A DNA stretch of 64,000 nucleotides. Source: Octopus bimaculoides. Taxonomy: Eukaryota. Location of the stretch: the NCBI RefSeq assembly GCF_001194135.2, contig NC_068987.1, forward strand, positions 40,471,801 to 40,535,800, given 5' to 3'. The notes under the pieces were generated by a model. It saw only the letters and a list, made by a program, of their open reading frames with translations. It did not search any database and was not told the origin of the DNA. The translations under genes were made by a program, and so were the position numbers. This document shows, one piece after another, positions 46,830 to 59,345 of this stretch; the first letter of the stretch is position 1, and each line of letters starts with the position of its first letter.

Positions 46830-47188
46830 CTTTTATCTTTTCCTTGTTTCAGGCACCACCTTGGAGAATTTTTAGTCGAATGAATCAACCCCAGTACTTT
46901 TTCCTTTTTCTTTAAGCCTGATACTTATTCTATTGGTCTCCTGGCTGAACTGCTAAGTTATGGGGACATAAACACACCAACACCAGTTATCAAGTGATGG
47001 TTGGGGGGAAAACACTGACACAAAGACACATATGATGGGCATCATTCATTTTCTGTGTACCAAATCCACTCACAAGGCTTTGGTTGACCTGAGGTTATAG
47101 TAGAAGACACTTGTTCAAAATGCCACGCAGTGAGACTGAACCTGGAACTATGTGACTGGGAAGCAAGCTTCTTACCACACCTGTGCCT
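46830..47188 (-). mobile_element. Composite tRNA-derived SINE, decayed
   Basis: Colinear with 58591-59023. Confidence 0.8.
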
Positions 47189-47537
47189 ACATATGTATAT
47201 CACAGATTTTCTATAGAAATTCTCGCCTGCACAAATTTTGTTACAATGTTTCATAACCGAGATGCCAGATGTAAACAAACAATAAAATCAAAGACGAAAA
47301 ATGGGTGATGGGTGTATTTCAGGTGATGGGACATATTTTAGGAAGTTTTGCTCCTTCATCAGCACCCATCCGACCATTAATCATCCATGGACTCATTGCT
47401 TAAATAACCACTAAATACAATAATGTAACATTGGATATATCAATTTTACACATCAAATACATTCCTGGAAGCTGGTATGTAAATATTAATGACTTGTAAG
47501 GACACAGTATTTCATTATGCGACATGATATACTACAA

Positions 47538-47685
47538 AGTATATTAAACATTTTTATAACATCACTTGTTAAGATTATCTCTACAGATTTTTAGAAAATC
47601 TGTACAAATAATCTTAACAAGCGATGTAAAAGCACTGCTAACACAATAGAACATGGTACTGACTTATAAAAACGTTTAATATACT
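47538..47685. mobile_element. Small MITE (TIR AGTATATTAAAC.TTTTTATAA) with a ~70-bp internal hairpin; family also at 63499-63767
   Basis: Terminal IRs, plus ACATCACTTGTTAAGATTAT...ATAATCTTAACAAGCGATGT. Confidence 0.75.
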
Positions 47686-47730
47686 CTGTAGCATATTATG
47701 GTTGCATAATGAAAAATTGTGTTATATCTA

Positions 47731-48130
47731 TCATCATCATCATCATCATCATCGTCGTCATTTAACATCCGCTTTCCATGCTGGCATGGGCTGGATGGTT
47801 TGACTGGCACCTGGTGAACCAGATGGCTGCACCAGGCTCCAATCTGATCTGGCAGAGTTTCTACAGCTGGACGCCCTTCCTAATGCCAACCACTCCAGGA
47901 GTGTAGTAGGTGCTTTTACGTGCCACTGGCACGAGGGCCAGTCTGCCAATACTGGCAATGGCCACGCTCAAATGGTGTTTTTACGTTGTCACCTGCACAG
48001 GAACCAGTCCAGCAGCACTGGCAATGCCCTCGCTCGAATGTTGTTTTTCATGTACCACTGGCACAAGTGCCAGTAAGGTGACGCTGGTAATGAACACGCT
48101 CGAATGGTGCTTTTTATGTGCCACCGGCAC
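47731..48130 (-). mobile_element. RTE 3' UTR fragment with (CAT)n tail
   Basis: Matches 13070-13480. Confidence 0.88.
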
Positions 48131-48157
48131 ACACACACACACACATATATATATATA

Positions 48158-48984
48158 CAGGGTAAATTGTCACCATTTTATATTTTTTATTTTGTGCATG
48201 CACATTGTTTGTTTTTGATTTTGTCAACTACACAGTATAGTAGGGTCAGTTGGTCACCATCTGTAAGAAAAACAGCACCATGACACAATTCACTCTGCCA
48301 GAAATTTAGAAACAACATGCTGTCCTGCTCGGTATTCGCGCCAGAAGCTCTAATACAAACATTTCAGAGTGTCTGGGTGTCAATCGGAGAACATGTACCA
48401 AGAGTGATAAAAATCAAACCTCCAGTCAACATCATGGTGTTTTGAGTGATGACTAGCAATGGCAACGTTATGCTTCCATTCATCTTCCCACACACCATGG
48501 AGGAGGTAGCGCTGCTCTGGATCAAGAGGGTAATTGCTGGAAGACCCTATGTCTGGCAACAGGACTCTGCAACCATGCCAAACAAGCAAGAGAACCCAGT
48601 TGTGGCTATCAGACAATTTCTGTAACCCCATCACTCCTAACATCTGGTCACCTAACTCCTCAGACTGCAACCCCCTTGATTATTATGTGTGGGGCACAGT
48701 TGAGCGAGAGATCAACAAAACTCCTTGTAACACCAAAGATGAACTGAAGGCAAGGATTATGGCAGCATTCACCAACTTAAACAAGAAGATCATCTAGAAG
48801 AGCTGCAGGAGATTCTGAATTCGTCTGGAGGCTGTAGTTGAAGCCAATGGCAATTTTATTGAATAAATTCACTCCTTAGTATTTCAAGATATTTTTATGT
48901 AATTTTGGTAAATATATCTTAAAATAAAATGTCAATGTTATTTTCAATTTTGCATAATTTAGATGACTGTTTATTCACTGCACC

Positions 48985-48987
<3 letters not shown>
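48158..48987 (+). mobile_element. Internally deleted Tc1/mariner-superfamily transposon
   Basis: TA-CAGGGT...ACCCTG-TA. Peptide SKRTQLWLSDNF..WSPNSSDCNPLDYYVWG..CNTKDELKARI..VVEANGNFIE. Confidence 0.85.
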
Positions 48988-49037
<50 letters not shown>

Positions 49038-49078
49038 AACACATATATGTACACACATTTATGCAGATATATGCATAC

Positions 49079-49127
<49 letters not shown>

Positions 49128-49200
49128 AGCACATGCATATATACATACACATACATATATACATACATATACATACACACACATACACAATCCCCCACAT
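48988..49200. repeat. (TA)n/(CA)n/(TACA)n compound microsatellite
   Basis: Direct reading. Confidence 0.95.
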
Positions 49201-49639
49201 ACACTATTACCCAATACCTCCCAACCCCTAATTCTCATCACCCCTATTTCACCTTGCACCTCCATGCATTCCCCCACAACACACAGTTGTCAATCTTCAG
49301 AATACACACACCACTCAAACAAGCGCACATTAACTGCTATACACAAGCGTTTGCACACACACACATACACACACAATAGCCTCACACATACTATACGTAG
49401 CTTCACACATATACACATGTCTATACACACACACATAAATACACAAAACACACATCACTCCACACAATGCATGCACTGGGTTACTTATACACATATATAT
49501 GCATGCTTCCATACACACACACAGGCTCATAAAATTAAGCTCACCCACACAAACATTCACATGTGCTTGCCCCCATTCACACATATACACTCACACACAC
49601 CATTCTTACATACACACATGCACTTGCACACCCTAATTC

Positions 49640-50560
49640 GGCTGGGTCACTGCTATTTCCCTTTCACTCAGCTTCTTTTTTCAGGTCATTTCATCATGTT
49701 GAACCATTAATCCCTACACATTTTTTTCTCGATTATTTTTTCATTCTCTTGCCATTTTTTTCCTCTCACTCCTTTCTGCCAAAGAGTTTAGGCTCAAAAT
49801 GTCAAAGACTATTCCATTCTTTCTAAGCGTCAAACTAATACACCCACTTATTGTTCCCTCACTTGGCTTCAACTTTTGTTTTCTGTAAATTTGGACTATA
49901 TATTACATAGGCTCACATAGTCAATCCAGTCTGATCCTGCCTGACTGAACTTCCTCCTCTCTTGGACTCTCATCTCTCCTACCTTCTTGAACTTTCAGTA
50001 CCTCTCCTCGTCCACCTAACCATTTCTCCATTGTATCTTCAAACTCTTTTGGACTCTACCACCATGGATCTTACTAGCTACTTTCATTGATGTATATGGT
50101 ACTAACCTATCACAACTTCTCAAACTTTCAGAACTTTTCGAACTTCTTACATTGATAACTAAGACATTTTCTCTCTTCTTTTATCTTTTTTATCTCCTAT
50201 TCCTCATTCCAGCATGCTTCACCACAAATCCCTCCTCCTCCACTTACACTATTGTCTCAAACATTACCTGACTTTGCTTCCTTTCTGTTGCTTCCAACTT
50301 CTCTCAACCTTTCCTTACTCATTTTCAAAAGAACATGTTTCTCCAGTCACATTTCCTTTCTCAGTCACTGCCTTCATCACAACTTCATCCGCAAAGGTTT
50401 CCGCTTCCCTTTCCACCCTACCTTTCATTCTGCTTCCACCATCTTATCCTTCCTCCATTCCACTTTCTGCCATCCCATGCATGCCATTATCCATTCTAAT
50501 CTCTCCAAAACATACCCTTGGCCACCTTCTCCCTCTTGCTTACTCCATCTTAGATCTGAA
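49640..50560 (+). mobile_element. Probable PLE terminal repeat and ORF-start remnant, with a hammerhead relic at 49772-49807
   Basis: CTTT-CTGCCAA-A-GAGT-TTAG-GCTC-AAA-ATGT-C-AAAG fits the hammerhead layout, with CpG-type decay of the core. Confidence 0.45.
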
Positions 50561-51235
50561 AAGGATGTGTGTTCTTTCAGTTATACATAGCTTACATTTT
50601 TTTGATCCATTGACATGTGACATGGATTTTTCAAGTATTTTCCAAATTAATTGTATGTGGTGTGGAGTTAGACTTCAAACCCGATACATGGCTAGCCAAC
50701 TTAGTGGTTTTACTTTTGTTCCTCTGCAGGAAGGAAGATATGAAGTTAGCATAACAATTTTTAAAGTTACCTTCATGTAGCCCAATGTAGGTCTTCTTTT
50801 CAGTTATGTTATCATTTAGTGTTGCTGTAACTTCGGCCTCATATATGCCAGATTTAATCATACATCCCTGTTCAAGTGGACAGGTTCATGGGTCTTGACA
50901 GTTACAACTGGTGGCTCTTGGTGGTGTTTGTATGTAATGATGCTTTTTATATTGGGGCAGCAGCTATACGATAATTTAACTGAATGCCTGTTGAATATTT
51001 TTCTGTATCTGTGATTTTCTGGAAAATGTTTGTCACACATGAATCTTTTACCTATGTTGGTTTTTAACATTAAGGGAAAGGTTGGGGGACCAAATTATTC
51101 TTCTAGGTTTATTTTTATTATTCATATTATTACTAGAGGGATAGTATATTGATTCATCATTAAAGCCACTATTTGCTAGGGCATTGTTGTAGTATGGGGC
51201 TGCCTTCTTGAAAATTTCTTTAGAAATTAAAGAAA
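50560..51235 (-). mobile_element. PLE fragment: RT thumb plus GIY-YIG endonuclease
   Basis: AAPYYNNALANSGF..IIW..LNVKTNIGK..DKHFP..KIFNRHSVKLSYSCCPNI, then GIYEAEV..TYIGL.EGNFK. Confidence 0.85.
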
Positions 51236-52039
51236 CTTAATTGTGTGAATATGTAAGAATGGCATGTGAATGTTTGTGAGTGAGCTTAAAATTATGTGAG
51301 CCTGTGTGAACATATGGGAGCATATATGTGTATGTGTATAAGTAACCTTGTGTGTGCATTGTGTGGAGTGAAGTGTGTTTCATGCATTTATGTGTGTGTA
51401 TGTGTGTGAGGCTGCGTATAGCATGTGTGCGAGGCTATCGTGTGTGGGTGCATGTGCAAAGGCTTGTGTGTAGCAGTTAGTGTGTGCTTGTTCAAGTAAT
51501 CTGCACATATGTGTGCATGTGTGTGTGACCCTATAGTGTGCATGTGGATTGTGTATGAGAGAGCAGGCGATGCAACAGATGACATTGCTGGAGGAGCAGG
51601 TAGAGGAACCAGTGATGAGATAGGGGCAGTGGTGAGTGTTGGTGAGGGTAGTGGTGTTGGAGAGGTAGGGGCAGGTGCAACAGTATGAGCAAGAGCATGG
51701 GAAGGAGCCAGGTTGGGCGCCAGAAGTAGGGAAGAAACTGCAGACTAGAAGATCACACAGATTATGGCTGCATTTGAAGGAGGAGAGGGTGGGTTAGGGA
51801 AGATATGGGAGGTGGAGGGTCATATTGGAATCAACAGAAGACTCAGAGAAAACTTTTGGGAGGGGAGGGTGGAGGGGTGGTAGGTTAGATGATAAGGGAG
51901 GCAAGTAATGGTGGGGTGGGTGCAGGGAGAGAGAGCAGAGGCACAGGCAATGGATTGTGCATGGGCAAGGGCAGTTTGGGTAATAGTGAGGGATATCCAT
52001 GTTGGGTGAAGTGGTGAACTGAATTCTAGATCTGAAATT

Positions 52040-52800
52040 TTCAGCAGTCATAAACATATGGATAAGTTCTTGTTGGTGAATTGGAAAATACCACCCTCTC
52101 TGAATTGAACAGTTGTATCGCAGACTTTAGATCACTATCTATTTACCCTTATGGTTTTAAGTTCAAAGGGAACAAAACTCTGATTCTCACCCTCTTTCTC
52201 TTTTCTGTTTTCTTTTTCGTTTTCCAATTTTTCAACCTTCCACCTTTTACATCTACTTCCTTCTCACTTTTTCTCATCTTTTCCTATCATCTTGTTTGAG
52301 CTTGTTATGCAATGTGGGCACAACCTGAAGATTGTGTGAAGGTACCAGACATGTTAAAAAATGCTGTCTGAGATGTTTACATTGCATAAAACTATTAGTA
52401 GCTCATAAAAATATATATTGTATTTTCTAAATTATATGTATATATATATATTTATGTATATATATATATATATATATAAAATACAAAAATGGGACAAGAA
52501 CGCAAAACATTCAGACAGTTAGGTAACACAAAAAAGGGACAACAAATCATCCAGATAGATGATACAAAGAAAACAAGGATGGGTCATTCAGAGTTTTCTT
52601 TCTTCAGTCGAGTTCCAGATTATCTTTGCAATTTCAGCTGGTTATACTCGAGATTGCTCCAATCTGGCCAGCCCCAAGGAAAAACTAAGCTAAGAGCACT
52701 AGATTCCTTGTAAGAAAGCAACAAATGTATACGAAAACAAGGACGGAAAAAAACAGAGAAATGGTACACAAATACAAATAAGAAGATACAGGAGGATAAG
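52040..52800. mobile_element. Further PLE-type terminal fragments (52040-52400, +) and an unrelated dispersed repeat (52470-52800)
   Basis: 52190-52400 is homologous to 27905-28150. 52470-52800 is CpG-richer and repeat-like, but its class is unresolved. Confidence 0.4.
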
Positions 52801-53259
52801 TTGATTATGATTTTATTCAAGATTCACACACTTATTGCAACAGTCTTTCAGTTTTTCTAAGCTCTGTAAAAAAACTCAGAAGACTGGGCCTCCAACCAGG
52901 CCTTTCACAATACCCTTAAAGTTAGGAACTTTTCAGCACCCCCTCATATGTTAGGATAGATACATTGTCACATTGATAAGTGAAATAGTATACAGGCAAT
53001 CTTTAAAACATGAACACTGACAAACACATGTACAAAGGCAAAAATACATATTCACACACATGTAAGGGTTATTAAGATAAACAAATAAATTATACAAACT
53101 TTTTAGTACGTTAGTATATATATACACACACATGTGCACACACACATAAATATATATGCATGCACACACAAAATTATGATAAAAAAACTATATTGTAAAA
53201 AAACTAAATAATCATTTAAATATTACAAATAATAATAACCCTTTCAAATAAAGGTACAG

Positions 53260-53650
53260 CGATAGAATTTAGAGGCATGGGACTACTCAATTAACCTCAG
53301 AGCATAACTGGTACTAATTATATTGACTTCAAAAGAATGAATGGCAAAGTTAACCAACATGGAATTTGAACTCAGAATATAAAGATAGATGAAATGCCAC
53401 TAAGCATTTGTCTGGCTTATTAACGATTCAATCAGCTTTCCACTTTATCAAAGATGATGATGATGATAATATTTTCTATTATAGGCATAATGCCTGACAT
53501 TTTGGGGGAGGGGGATAGTTGATTATGTTGACTCCAGTGCTTGACTGGTACTTATTTAATTGACCCCGAAAGGATGAAAGGTAAGGTCAACAATGGCAGA
53601 ATTTGAATTCAGAATGTAAGGTTGGATGAAATGCTGCTAAGCATTTTACC
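53260..53650 (-). mobile_element. Two decayed SINE fragments sharing a conserved central domain
   Basis: Both contain CTGGTACT.AT....TTGAC..C.AAAG.ATGAA.GG.AA.GT.AAC..GAATTTGAA.TCAGAAT. A related piece lies at 38040-38150. Confidence 0.55.
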
Positions 53651-53759
53651 TGTTGTACTAATAATAAAGAGAATATAATAAACAAAATTTAAAAAAAAGG
53701 AAAAACTTATCCTTATTTTGTGAATTAAAGAGGGATCGAAAAAGAAAAAGAAAATCTAT

Positions 53760-56700
53760 ATAACAAAAAAATACAACATATCAAAGACACCTGAGAGGTA
53801 AAAGAAAAATCTAAGTAGGGCATAACAACAAAAACTTGCCTCAAATAACTGTATGAAAAATGCAAACATTTCTAACAAGAATATATAGAATTTAAAATAA
53901 ACACATGTAGATTTTACAAAAACTTAAACAGAAAAAAAACAAGAACATACCAATAGGTGACATACCAACATCAGAAATTCAATCATACTAGGAAGGAATA
54001 TGGAGCAAACAAAAACAACACAACAAAAATGCTCAATAGATAAATAGGGAAAAGGAAAGGTAAAGCAAAAGAGCACCACAAACATGGCCCACTATCACAA
54101 ACCAAGAGATCACAGACATGCTGAGGTCTACCAGTAACTGGAAAATACCAGAGGTAGACAAGGTTCCCAATTTTTGGTTGAAACACCTTACCAGTACCCA
54201 TATCCAATAGCAGCAGCATTTAACTTGATAATAAGCAAGCCAGATCAACACTGAACTGGATGCTGGAAGGACAAACCATTCTAATACCAAAAAACAAAAA
54301 TATCATACACCAACAAAATTATAGGCTAATAAACATGCCTATCAACAACTTATGAAACCCTCACATCAGTTATCTATAACCAATCTGTAACACACCTGGA
54401 AAACAACAGTGTTTTACCAGAAACAAAAGAGATGCTGGGAAGGGATGTATGGCTGTAAAGAGCAGCTACTGGTGAATGGAGCCATTATAGAGGACTGTAA
54501 AAAGAGAAAAACAAACCTCAGACTGACTTGTATTGACTACCAGAAGGCATTTGACAGTGTTTCACACTCATGGATACTGGAGTCTTTCCACACAAATAAA
54601 ATAGCTCCCACACTACTAAAAAATATCAGCCATGCAATAGCAATTTGGAAAACCAACAACATTGAAAAATGAGATAAAAACCATTAAAACCTGACCTTTT
54701 CCAAAGAGACTCCTGGTCCCCACTGCTTTTCTGCCTTGCTCTGACCACATTAACAAACTTGTTAAATGAAACTACTATGGGTTACAAATGATATGGATGA
54801 TTTTAAAAATTTCACTAAGAAAATCACTGAACAAAAAAACCTTTTAAAAATTGTCCATAGTTTCATCAAGGACATCAGGATGAGCATGGGATTGGGCAAG
54901 TATGACAAAGCAACATTGAGAAGAGGCAAATTAACCAGCGCTGAAAACATTGCATGCAACATAGACACAGAAATTAGACAATTAAGCCATAATTGCCTGT
55001 ATAAATTTCTAGGAATAAATGAAATAGCTAAAATACAACACACAGAAATGAAAGAGAAAATTAGAAGAGAATATTATAGAAAAATTAAAATAATATTAAA
55101 CACTGAACTTGATGCTAAAAATAAGAAAGTAGGGATAAACACATTTGCTGTACCAGTCATAAATTATAGCTTCAACATAATAAACAGGAAGATTGGTGAA
55201 TCGAGAAACTTAGAAAAACCAGGAAGCTATTAGCAGTATAGCAAAGTCACTTCCCCAAAGCAGACACAGACAGAATATATCTTCTCTGCTCAGAAGGAGG
55301 TCATGGCCTGATACAAATAGAGAACTACTATAAAATAACAACTATTGGACTAGAAAAATACTTAAAAACAAAAAATGGATAGCTACTACATGTAATAAAG
55401 TAACACTAGAAAAGAAAACATTTTTCTCTATATGCAGGGAGGCAATAAAATACTAACTGAAACAAACTATGCTGAAACACCAATTTCAGATGACAACATG
55501 ACAAAAATGATAAAAGAGACAAAGAAAACAACATGAAAACAGAACTACAAACATACTAAAGAAGAAATGAAGAGAAAAATATCATTCCTTGGTCAATACA
55601 CCACAAGACTTGACATGCAAAGAAGTGAGCCTAAGTCATTGCCAACAATGGCTCAAAAGCTCTGAATTAAAAGCAGAAACAGGACTGATTCTTGCTACAC
55701 GAGACCAATGCGTGATCACAAACAACTATAAAAGCAAAATAATGAAAACAAGCCCCAACACCAAATGCAGAATGTGCAACCAGCACAACGGGACTGTTGA
55801 CCACATCATCTCTGGCAATCCAGTTCTAGCCAAATGTGAATATATGTATATATACCAGTAGTGACTCTGGCACTCCGGCTGTTTGGGCTTAGCCCAGGTA
55901 TAAATTTAGTGAAGTGAACGTGTATTTGCCAGCTCATTTAATTTCCGTCAACATCGACTTCAACTATGTAATTTCAGCCATGGTCGCAACTCATTTATTT
56001 TCATCCAGCATCTGGCGGTCGTCTTAGAGCTGCCCTGTGTCAAAAAATACTATTTGTAGCAGATGTTCTCTCAACATCATTCACACACACCTAACTTGGA
56101 CTCAGAAGTAACAGCTCGAGTTGTTATCTATAATCGTAAAAATTAAAAGTAATTCAAATTCAATGTTTTCTTGAAACAATAAATTTCTACAGAGATTAGA
56201 ATTTAAATTCCAATCTATGAAAAGTTTTTGTTCTAAAATATTCTTAAAGGAACGAAAAATTATTTAGCAACATGGGCTAATACAAACGAGCCTGGTAGGT
56301 GTAAAAGACTAACTGGCATCTCTTGTCAAGAGTACAGGCAACAGTTAGATCACTGATATTTGTTGTGCACTCCACTGTTGCTATTCGATTGCTGTTATTC
56401 TGTGCATCTGTGTGTAAAGATCAGTTGTGTTTTGCAGGGTTGCTTTATTTTTACCCTTAACTTAGAAATGGAGAAAGACATAATGCTAGATATAAGAAAT
56501 AAGCCATTTGAGGCTAGAAATGCTGCAGAAAAACATGAAATTCTTCGAGCAGGCATATCTTATGCAAAATCTGCGATGAGCCCGAGTGACGAAATCTGTG
56601 ATGACCCCAAGTGATGTTGATGACCTGGAGTTGCCTCTGATATATACAGACATGATTAAGTGGTTATATCCACTGGGTAATATGCCAACACTACAACATA

Positions 56701-57100
56701 AAAACAAACAAGAAATGGTATAAACATGTGCCAAACAAGGTACATGACAACAACCAGGCAACAACCATCTGGGATATGCCTGTTCAAACTGACCAAGAAA
56801 ACATAATAATCAAGGATTGGAAGAAAAAAACACTTGCTTAGTGATAAACATTGCAGTCTCTTCAGACCAAAATATTGCCCAAAAGTGGAGAAACTGTCAA
56901 ATTATAAAGATCTTGAAATTAGAATAGTCAAGATGTGGGGCATGAAGGTAAAAACACTACAAGTAATAACTGAAGCATTAGGTATGATAAAAAAATGTAG
57001 AAGTCATACCTGGACCCACGACACCATACATTAATCAAAAAATAGCCTGACAAGGAATAGGCCGCATCCTAAGCAAGATGCTACCAATTCAATAGCACAA
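53760..57100 (+). mobile_element. Decayed R4/Dong-clade non-LTR retrotransposon (RT, CCHC finger, restriction-like endonuclease)
   Basis: NWK.P..D.V.NFWLK, GRTILIPK, GCKEQLLVN, IDYQKAFDSVSHSWI, YKFLG, LKAETG.I.A.RDQ, CRMC..TVDHIISG, and IWDMPVQTD..EKLSNYKDL. Confidence 0.88.
55856..56639 (+). mobile_element. Internally deleted hAT element (784 bp) inserted in the R4 LINE
   Basis: Perfect 8-bp TSD ATATATAC (55848-55855 / 56640-56647). Imperfect TIR CAGTAGTGACTCTGG / CAGAGGCAACTCCAGG. The host peptide resumes as Y-R-H-D. Confidence 0.88.
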
Positions 57101-57539
57101 CCCAAATAAAATAATCCACAAACACAAGATGCACTCAATACAGTAAATATTCAATAAAATAAACAACCCCCATAACACATACTCAGTAGATCAGATACAA
57201 AACAGAACACAACCCACATTACACACAATGCAAACACTAATACAACAAAAGACTCAAGCTGAACCCCATAACAGATGTAGTACAATGCAGGAAAGTGTCT
57301 GTACTCCCCCAGTACCAACAAAAACAGGAACACACAATGCTGCACGCACCTCAAGAATATGGAGGGGTAACAAGTGATGCAGTAGAAATTTGCCTGAAAC
57401 AATCAGATGTTGAATAATAACAACAATACTGTTAAGGTACATTATTACTAATTTATAAAGATTGATGTGATTCTTCACAAAGGTAAATAGACAATAAGAA
57501 GAACATGATGCAATTTATAATAGATTGTTTATTTAACAG

Positions 57540-57584
57540 TTTGAACAATATTTCAACAGATTGACTGTCTTCTTCAGGTTCAAA
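57540..57584 (-). ncRNA. Minimal type I hammerhead ribozyme motif (45 nt)
   Basis: TTTGAAC-CTGAAGA-A-GACAG-TCAAT-CTGTT-GAA-ATAT-T-GTTCAAA: 7-bp stem I, intact core, 5-bp stem II, ATAT palindrome, AUU site. Confidence 0.72.
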
Positions 57585-57779
57585 ATATGAGATCCTGTGT
57601 TTCTATTTAGATAGAATGGCATCATCTGTTTTTACTTTCATAACTGGTAAAAGGAAAAAGAAGAAAAAAGAAAAATAGGAAGAATATTTAGTTGTGTAAA
57701 TTCACCTGTCATTTTATTCATTCCTCCAGGGCGTGATGTTAGTAATTCACAAATATATTTGTCCACATGCATTTTGAGG

Positions 57780-58330
57780 ATTAAAAGTGTAGTTTGACAT
57801 CCCCAACAATTTTTGATATTGCCATGGGATCTAGTGATCTGGCCCAGGTCACTGCTCTCATTGGTATCTATCTCCTACACTGTCTCAAGGATATATTTCC
57901 TAATCTTCATAGTGGTATGTACAGGGATGACACTTTATTTGTTATCTCTAATAATAGTAAATTTTTTTTTTTAAATTATATCCTAGAATTAATTTTTGAA
58001 TGCAATAGTTAATTTCTTAGACATAACACTAGACCTTAAATCTGGTTTGTATTACCCCTATGGAAAACTGCATGAAATTACGTGTATTAACCAATTATTC
58101 AATCATCACCCTTGTGTGATAAAATCATTGGTAAAGGGAATATCTGATAGGATAACACAACTCTATGCTAGTGTGGATGTATTTTATAAATATGCCCATT
58201 ATAACTCTGATCTATCTAAAGCAGACTATAGGCAAAATATTCTGTTCGCTTCCATGGTTGATAGGGTAACTTATTGTGGTACATTAGTAAATCAGCAACT
58301 AAGTAATGGTAGATCTGAATCTGAGGTGAT
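57780..58330 (+). mobile_element. PLE RT fragment (YRDD type)
   Basis: FDIAMGS.D.AQV..LIGIYLL..GMYRDDTL, VNFLDITLDL, NHHP.VIKSL.KGISDRI. Confidence 0.85.
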
Positions 58331-58590
58331 ACTAGGTATTAGCAATATTAACTAATGCAATGACTTGCTTAAACTGGATTCTTTTCAATTATAGCAAGCA
58401 TTTTGCATAGTGGTTGGATCGAGACGAAGTGCCAAAATACAATCCAGAATTTTTTCAGAAATTTTTCTTTTTTGAAAAATGACGTACAAATGTAAACAAT
58501 CATTCAGGAAGTTGACTCATTTAATGTCATAATACTTTTTACAGAAAAAATATAATGAAGTTGACGTTTATTTATGCTGGAAGGTATAAT

Positions 58591-58802
58591 ACTCTTTTAC
58601 TCTCTTTTACTTGTTTCAGTCATTTGACTGTGGCCATGCTGGAGCACCACCTTTAGTCAAGCAAATCAACCCCAGGACTTATTCTTTGTAAGCCTAGTAC
58701 TTATTCTATCGGTCACTTTTGTTGAACTGCTAAGTGACGAGGACATAAGCACACCAGCATTGGTTGTCAAGCAATGCTAGGGAGACAAACACAGACACAC
58801 AA

Positions 58803-58857
<55 letters not shown>

Positions 58858-59023
58858 TACGATGGGCTTCTTTCAGTTTCCGTCTACCAAATCCACTCAC
58901 AAGGTTTTGGTCGGCCCGAGGTTATAGTAGAAGACACTTGCCCAAGATGCCACGCTGTGGGACTGAACCCGGAACCATGTGATTGGTAAGCAAGCTACTT
59001 ACCACACAGCCACTCCTGCACCT
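58591..59023 (-). mobile_element. Young, near-complete composite tRNA-derived SINE (head, core, internal (TA)/(CA) microsatellite, 3' module, (GAGTAAAA)n tail)
   Basis: Minus-strand A-box TGGCTGTGTGG and B-box GGTTCAGTCC. Decayed copies at 2254, 39670 and 46830. Confidence 0.88.
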
Positions 59024-59190
59024 TTTTCTGCTTACTTTTTCAGTATAAATTTGCTAAAACCATTAAATGGTTAACTACTTTTTGATGTTTGACATTCATG
59101 TTGGTAATGACAGTCCTATCGCAATGGCGCCCAGCAATTTCCTTAAACAGATCAGTTTTTTTCCACTTAAGAAGTCTAGCTTGCATTTAC

Positions 59191-59345
59191 CTCCAGGAAG
59201 CTATTGCTCACTTTCTCTGCATTAGGACAATGAAATTCATCACCACCGACATCGTCACTACTAGCTCTTACTGCACCTAACACCGACATCATAATTCGTC
59301 CTTGTGCATGTAAACTCCTCACTTACTGAATATCACTTAGCATTC
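59191..59345 (-). CDS. Candidate first coding exon (ATG at 59292: MMSVLGAVRASSDDVGGDEFHCPNAEKVSNSFLE); gene assignment uncertain
   Basis: Acceptor TTTCTGTAG, donor GAG|GTAAAT, in-frame stop upstream of the ATG, and a repeat-free context. No homology recognised. Confidence 0.3.

Noticed and set aside
48919-49826. Tyr/Ile/His/Thr-rich ORFs
   Set aside because: These are translations of (TA)n/(CA)n microsatellites.
52322-52360. CTGAAGA motif as a hammerhead (also at ~27970 on -)
   Set aside because: There is no GAAA core or convincing stems in either copy.
57151-57402. Cys/hydrophobic ORF after a CAG acceptor as the missing TM1-3 exon
   Set aside because: None of the three frames resembles an EAAT, and no suitable donor was found.
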